IMG/VR virus record: IMGVR_UViG_3300025296_001443
Strand: one strand, 5' to 3'
Source of the DNA: an uncultured virus (IMG/VR IMGVR_UViG_3300025296_001443)
Taxonomy: Duplodnaviria; Heunggongvirae; Uroviricota; Caudoviricetes
Length of the DNA stretch: 20,000 bases
Part shown: positions 15,190 through 20,000 of the stretch, piece by piece
How the letters are laid out: every line of letters starts with the position of its first letter
How positions within the stretch are numbered: position 1 is the stretch's first letter
Made by a program: the position numbers and the translations under genes
The notes under the pieces: model-generated
Databases searched by the model: none
The model's input: only the letters and a program-made list of their open reading frames with translations
What the model was told of the DNA's origin: nothing

Positions 15190-16687
15190 AAGCCTCCTTT
15201 CCTATATTTGGTTGTTTAAATTCTTCAGTTTGTATTTGAAAACTTGGTATTGACCAAGTATTCGTAAATTTTCCTTTTATCTTTTTTCCGCTATGAGTAG
15301 CACCTAAATTTTTAAGATAGGCAGTAATTTCATGTAGTTTAAATTCTTTAAATCGATGTCTATCTAAAAATTCCATAAAATCATTTATTCTAAATTCTGT
15401 TATTTCATCTTGAATAATAGATTTTCCTCTTAATAAATCTTCTATTTCTGTGGAAGAAGTGGAACCAGTACAAAATCTTTCTAATAGATCAAATAATCTA
15501 CCTTCATTACTACTATCTTTAGGTGCTTCTACAGCAATAACTCTTGACATTAAATCATTAACTGTTTCAGTCCATAATTTATCATCTATTTTAGGAAGAA
15601 GTATATCTAAATTTTCAAATACAACTTGTTTAAAATCTATAAAACTATAAATTTGTTTACTAGATAATGGACCAATTTTTTTTTCACTTAAAGTTAAAAA
15701 ATATTGTGGTGGATTAGTTAATATTTTAGTAATACTATTTAATGTTGGCATTGTACCATTATCATTAACTCCATATTCGCATGTAATACATTTAGTTTTA
15801 TTACACACTGAATTAATTGGTGAATCTTTACATTTATAATTATAAGTTTTTTTATCTAAACTTTGTAATACAGTTGTAAATTCTCTAGGTTTAAGTGGTG
15901 GATCAATATATTCATCATTATATTCTTCTAATTTATCTTGCCAATCTTCTGGAAATCTTTTCCTTAAATAAACTCCAAGATTAAAAAGACCATTATTTCT
16001 ACTTCCTTCACCTAGTGCTCCTTTAGAAAGTAACTGTTGGAGACAAGGAGGACCGCCTGGTAAAATTTCGTTGGATTTATTAAGTTTTTTGATAAATTTT
16101 AGATCCAGAGATTCAAGTGAATCTAATGAAAATTTTTCTATCCATTTTATAAAATGTTCTGGCGTTAATACTTGTCCATCATAAAGAGCATATCTATCAG
16201 TGGATTCACCACCAAAGTAAGGCATATTAAGCCAACTACCTACATCTTCTTTATTTAATAATTTAGTTTGTTGAGGTCTTAAATCATATTTTACAAATCC
16301 GAATGCTTTAACAATGTCTTTTAATTTATTAATCATAGAAGAAGCAGATACAAAATTTTTAGTAAAAATAAAAATGTGTGCTCCACCTGATTTTGATCTA
16401 CATACTATTAAATTCTTTTTAACAAACTGTTTACTAATTTTTTCTATATCAACAGAATAGTCATCTACATCAAGACAACCCCATTTACATTGATTATTTT
16501 CATTAATAGGAATAACACCTAGACCAGTTTTACCATCTAGGTGTTCTTTCCACAATTGAGCAGTATAACTTTCTCTAATAGTCTTTCCATAGCCATCAAG
16601 CTTAGGACCTTTTCTTTCTGTAATAAAGAATTGGCCATAAGCCCGAGTTAATCCTGGAAAGACTTTAAAAAAATCTTCAGGCTGCAT
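15182..16687 (-). CDS. archaeo-eukaryotic-type primase (prim-pol) with PriCT domain
   Basis: 'HLDGK..LGV.P', 'WGCLDVD' (DxD), 'SKSGGAH', PriCT-like 'PPCL....GEGSRNNGLF' and a Cys cluster 'CKDSPINSVCNKTKCITC'. No Walker A motif. Confidence 0.87.
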   Translation of the reverse strand: MQPEDFFKVFPGLTRAYGQFFITERKGPKLDGYGKTIRESYTAQLWKEHLDGKTGLGVIPINENNQCKWGCLDVDDYSVDIEKISKQFVKKNLIVCRSKSGGAHIFIFTKNFVSASSMINKLKDIVKAFGFVKYDLRPQQTKLLNKEDVGSWLNMPYFGGESTDRYALYDGQVLTPEHFIKWIEKFSLDSLESLDLKFIKKLNKSNEILPGGPPCLQQLLSKGALGEGSRNNGLFNLGVYLRKRFPEDWQDKLEEYNDEYIDPPLKPREFTTVLQSLDKKTYNYKCKDSPINSVCNKTKCITCEYGVNDNGTMPTLNSITKILTNPPQYFLTLSEKKIGPLSSKQIYSFIDFKQVVFENLDILLPKIDDKLWTETVNDLMSRVIAVEAPKDSSNEGRLFDLLERFCTGSTSSTEIEDLLRGKSIIQDEITEFRINDFMEFLDRHRFKEFKLHEITAYLKNLGATHSGKKIKGKFTNTWSIPSFQIQTEEFKQPNIGKEAYE

Positions 16688-16689
16688 AA

Positions 16690-17475
16690 CTAAAATGGTG
16701 TTTTAGTATTTGTTTCCTTCGATGAAGATGAATCAGTATCTACTGGTTCAGAAGCTTTTACTTTACCTTCAGATACTGAATCTGAAAGAGCTTCAGCTTG
16801 AGCAAATATTTCTTTCTTCAATACTGTACCTACTTCTTCTAATTTATATTTAAACCAACTGCCTAAATCATTTTCTGCATTTACAGTTGCTAATTTAAAC
16901 ATATATAAAAATGAAGGTGGTTCTACCATCTGACCTTTTATATTCATCTTTTTCATTTTAAGAAGTGTATTCCACTTTCTTGAAACTGAAAGATTACTAG
17001 ATGTCATCGTTAAAACTGCAGGTTCAAACGATTTATCTTTTTTAACTAAAACGAAATGTTCAGCTGTATCAACTATTTGATTTTCACCTAACATTGACTT
17101 TCTAGTTTTGGGATCAGTTTTAGTTCCTTCAGGTTTCATATCATGTACTGCTACAAGACCTCCCCCTTTTTCTCTAGGTACCCATTCTACATAGGACTTT
17201 CTATATCCACAAGGTATAACTGTAATCGAATCACTATGTAATTGATTAGTAACTGTATTAAAGATATTACCTTCTTCAGCACCCTCAATATATTTTTCAT
17301 CTTTCTTTTTTCTTTGAGGTGAGCCGGCTTGTACTATTGCTAATCTAGGAATAGTAATATCATCATTAGTGATATTTTCTAAACCACGACCAGCAGCTTG
17401 AATAATTAAATCACCTGAAATATCGCCTGTTGCGATTTCATTTTGTGATTTAACTGCTACTTGTTTATTCGCCAT
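16690..17475 (-). CDS. putative phage single-stranded DNA-binding protein
   Basis: 'G.E.....D..IPRL..VQ..SPQ', 'YVEW.PR...GG.V', 'SRKWN' and 'N..GSWF', with a tail ending in 'PF'. It sits inside the replication module. Confidence 0.7.
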   Translation of the reverse strand: MANKQVAVKSQNEIATGDISGDLIIQAAGRGLENITNDDITIPRLAIVQAGSPQRKKKDEKYIEGAEEGNIFNTVTNQLHSDSITVIPCGYRKSYVEWVPREKGGGLVAVHDMKPEGTKTDPKTRKSMLGENQIVDTAEHFVLVKKDKSFEPAVLTMTSSNLSVSRKWNTLLKMKKMNIKGQMVEPPSFLYMFKLATVNAENDLGSWFKYKLEEVGTVLKKEIFAQAEALSDSVSEGKVKASEPVDTDSSSSKETNTKTPF

Positions 17476-17476
17476 A

Positions 17477-18061
17477 TTATTTCTCCTTTCCGAGTTTAAC
17501 TTTTGCTATACTGGCTTCGTATACAGAAAAATATTCTTCAGGTAATGTTTCACCTAAACTATATCTTTCTTTAGCAAAAGCTTTTAATGTGCCAGCATGA
17601 ACTGAAGATTTTTCGTCATAAGGTATATTTTTAAAATTTTTATTTAATACCTTAATTAGTTTATCCGCTTCATCATACTCGCCTTTTGCAAAACTAACTT
17701 TAACATCATGTTTAATTAGTTCGCTATGTCCATTTTTTTCTAACCATGTAAGAGCACCTGCTCTTTTATCTTCTGGTATAGAACAAAATAAATCATCTTT
17801 AACTGAAATTTGACTGCCATCGGCTAAATCAAATCTAGTCATATTATTACATGACGCCATCGCATCAGGTAATTCTTTTTCTTCAATCTCACGAATTTCA
17901 ACTTTTAATTCTTTAAGTCTTTCTTCTTCCTTCATAAGATTTTTCTTTTTTTTTATAAGTTTATTTCCAATAGCTGTAACTATTTCTAATCCACCTTTTG
18001 GTAAACTTTCTTTCTTCTTGTGTTTTTCGACTGAATCGAATATCCAAGTTTCTTTACTCAT
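17477..18061 (-). CDS. conserved phage replication-module protein (gp33-like, coiled-coil N-terminus)
   Basis: Start moved to MSKETW at 18061 (AAGGAG RBS). Shows the pattern 'LPDAM', 'WLEKNGH..LIK..V', 'VH..TLKAF.KE...G..LP'. Confidence 0.72.
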   Translation of the reverse strand: MSKETWIFDSVEKHKKKESLPKGGLEIVTAIGNKLIKKKKNLMKEEERLKELKVEIREIEEKELPDAMASCNNMTRFDLADGSQISVKDDLFCSIPEDKRAGALTWLEKNGHSELIKHDVKVSFAKGEYDEADKLIKVLNKNFKNIPYDEKSSVHAGTLKAFAKERYSLGETLPEEYFSVYEASIAKVKLGKEK

Positions 18062-18383
18062 TACTTTCTCCTTTCTGATAAAGATCAATCTTTACATTAT
18101 AATAACATTTATTTTCTCTATCCCATTTTAACATATTTACTTTTCCATTATTAATATCCGAGGCTACCATTGAAGCAATTCCAATAGCAACTGGATCACC
18201 CATTGCAAGTAAAAAATCTTTATCATTAAAATCTTTTAATTTATTTTTTAATAATTTTTCAACTGGTGATGATGAAAGAGTAATTTGTCGACCTGGTGGT
18301 AGTAATGGAATTAAATCTCCAAAACGACCAGCCCCAATAACATTTACATTTGGATTTTCTTGTACTATGTAAACTTTAGCCAT
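18054..18383 (-). CDS. conserved hypothetical phage protein, first gene of the leftward operon
   Basis: 109 aa, AAGGAG RBS; motif pattern 'VYIVQE', 'FG.L..LLP', 'DFLL.MGDP' and 'LKWDR....Y'. Confidence 0.8.
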   Translation of the reverse strand: MAKVYIVQENPNVNVIGAGRFGDLIPLLPPGRQITLSSSPVEKLLKNKLKDFNDKDFLLAMGDPVAIGIASMVASDINNGKVNMLKWDRENKCYYNVKIDLYQKGESNE

Positions 18384-18410
18384 AAAGTTTCTCCTTTCTT
18401 ATTTTTATTA

Positions 18411-18443
18411 TTTACTTATATATTAAAAACTATATAAAGTAAA
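18411..18443. promoter_or_regulatory. near-palindromic divergent promoter/operator element
   Basis: TTTACTTATATA-ttaaaaac-TATATAAAGTAAA is an inverted repeat with one extra base, centred between the divergent start codons at 18383 and 18472. Confidence 0.6.
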
Positions 18444-18471
18444 ATTATAATTAGAAAACAGAAAGATTTAT

Positions 18472-19947
18472 ATGCAAGTAAAATTTATAGACGAAAAAAA
18501 AAATTTAAAATACAATTTTAAAACTAAACCTTATCAACATCAATATGATGCATTTGATAAAAGTAAGAATAAAAAATATTATGCACTTTTTATGGAACAA
18601 GGTACAGGTAAGTCTAAAGTTATTATTGATAACATTGCTTATCTTTATCGGAGAGGTAATATTGATACTGCTATTATTGCTGCCCCTAAAGGTGTTTATC
18701 GTAATTGGCATGCTTCGGAATTTAAGGCACATATGCCAGAAGATGTGGTTATCTTTACAGATATATGTATCTGGAATCCAACAGAAACTAAAACAAATAT
18801 TGATAGATTAATTGAATTTTTAAAACCATCACATAAATTAAAATTTTTTATTATTAATATAGAAGCTCTTTCTACAGAGAAAGGTAAAAATTATTTACAA
18901 AGATTATTAAATGTTTCTAAATCTTTTTTTTGTATAGATGAAAGCACAAATATAAAAAATAGAACTGCTAGAAGAACTAAAGCATGTATGAAGTTAGGTA
19001 AATTAGCAACTTATCGAAGAATATTAACAGGAACTCCAGTGACCCGAGGTCCTCTAGACTTATGGTCTCAAATGCATTTTCTAGATGAGTTTATACTTCA
19101 ATCTAGTTTCTATGCTTATAGAAATACTTTCTGCGTAATTCAAAGAAGAAGAACATCTAGTCATAGTTTTGATGAAGTGGTAGGTTATCAAAGATTAGAT
19201 GAACTTCAAAAAATATTAGATGAACATTCTTTTAGAGTAACTAAAGAAGAATGTTTAGATTTACCTCCTAAATTACGCCAAATAAGACATATCGACATGA
19301 CACCAGCTCAAAAGCGCATGTACGTCATTCTTAAAAAACGTGCTATACTAGAACTAGAACGTGAGAAATTAGTGACAGCGCCTCTTATTATCACACGAAT
19401 ATTGAGATTACAGCAGATATTATGTGGTTTTATTAAATATGATAATAAAACTGAAGAAAATATAGAAGGTGAGAATCCAAGGATTCAGGAACTATTAAAT
19501 GTAATAGAAGAAACTCAAGGTAATATAATTATATGGGCAACTTATAGAAATAGTATTAAATTAATTAGAGATACATTAGCTAAAAAATTTGGAGCAAGTA
19601 AAGTTGCAGCATTCTTTGGTGATACTAAATCTGAAGATAGACAAGGTATTGTTGAAAGATTTCAATCAGGAGAAATTAGATTTTTTGTAGGTCAACCTAG
19701 AACTGGAGGATATGGACTTACATTAACTAAAGCTAAAACTGTAATTTATTTTAATAATACTTATGATATGGAAGTAAGACTTCAATCTGAAGATAGAGCA
19801 CATAGAATAGGACAAAAAGAGAAAGTATTATATATAGACTTCGTATGTCCTAATACTTTAGATGAAAAGATAATGAAAACTTTAAATACTAAAAAGAAAC
19901 TTGCAGATCAAATAACAGGTGATAGTTGGAAAGAATTATTTAAATAA
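18472..19947 (+). CDS. SNF2-like superfamily 2 helicase
   Basis: 'PYQHQ', 'MEQGTGKS', 'IDES', 'LTGTP', 'GGYGLTL' and 'QSEDRAHRIGQ'. Confidence 0.94.
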   Translation: MQVKFIDEKKNLKYNFKTKPYQHQYDAFDKSKNKKYYALFMEQGTGKSKVIIDNIAYLYRRGNIDTAIIAAPKGVYRNWHASEFKAHMPEDVVIFTDICIWNPTETKTNIDRLIEFLKPSHKLKFFIINIEALSTEKGKNYLQRLLNVSKSFFCIDESTNIKNRTARRTKACMKLGKLATYRRILTGTPVTRGPLDLWSQMHFLDEFILQSSFYAYRNTFCVIQRRRTSSHSFDEVVGYQRLDELQKILDEHSFRVTKEECLDLPPKLRQIRHIDMTPAQKRMYVILKKRAILELEREKLVTAPLIITRILRLQQILCGFIKYDNKTEENIEGENPRIQELLNVIEETQGNIIIWATYRNSIKLIRDTLAKKFGASKVAAFFGDTKSEDRQGIVERFQSGEIRFFVGQPRTGGYGLTLTKAKTVIYFNNTYDMEVRLQSEDRAHRIGQKEKVLYIDFVCPNTLDEKIMKTLNTKKKLADQITGDSWKELFK

Positions 19948-20000
19948 CCTTAGTTTTATATCTTGCTATTCTTCTACCAAACCATAGTGTATTTTTAGCC
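19940..20000 (-). CDS. possible 3' end of a convergent gene (...AKNTLWFGRRIARYKTKVI*)
   Basis: The frame is open from the window edge to a TAA at 19942-19940, overlapping the helicase end. There is no terminator between them. Confidence 0.3.
   Translation of the reverse strand, partial: AKNTLWFGRRIARYKTKVI

Noticed and set aside
15450..15650. 66-aa plus-strand ORF
   Set aside because: Antisense shadow of the primase.
15182..16687. TOTE-type conflict or defence system primase
   Set aside because: The N-terminus resembles that AEP clade, but the context (SSB, PolA, helicases) is a phage replication module.
18505..18811. Two ORFs nested in the SNF2-like helicase (18505-18732 -, 18545-18811 +)
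   Set aside because: Alternative frames over conserved helicase motifs, with no RBS or recognisable features.
1..20000. CRISPR arrays, tRNA/rRNA, IS elements, inteins/introns, stop-codon recoding
   Set aside because: I saw no spaced repeats, cloverleaves or transposases. Polymerase and helicases are normal length and uninterrupted. The standard code gives near-complete coding density, and TAA, TGA and TAG are all used as stops.

Overview
This window is a very AT-rich, densely coding segment of a tailed dsDNA phage genome. Gene style suggests a marine or freshwater pelagiphage-like virus, but the host is only inferred. Almost all genes lie on the minus strand in one translationally coupled operon that starts at a divergent promoter region (18384-18471). 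A SNF2-like helicase runs the other way. The backbone is a replication module: gp33-like protein, SSB, AEP primase, DEDDh exonuclease, UvrD-like helicase, family A DNA polymerase and a VRR-NUC/resolvase-like nuclease. Two blocks of nucleotide and sugar chemistry genes flank the polymerase. The first holds a divergent C5-cytosine methyltransferase homolog, a MazG-like NTP pyrophosphatase, a GT-B glycosyltransferase-like protein, a dNMP kinase, a thymidylate-synthase-family enzyme and a dCMP deaminase. The second holds a UDP-sugar 6-dehydrogenase homolog and an NH3-dependent NAD+ synthetase. Three enzymes carry diagnostic active-site substitutions: the TS homolog has Asn->Asp (dCMP-type), the MTase has motif X Asn->Arg (carboxy-SAM-type), and the dehydrogenase has NPEF->NPFF. 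Together these point to a candidate unusual DNA base hypermodification system. All family assignments come from motif recognition by eye; no database search was run.
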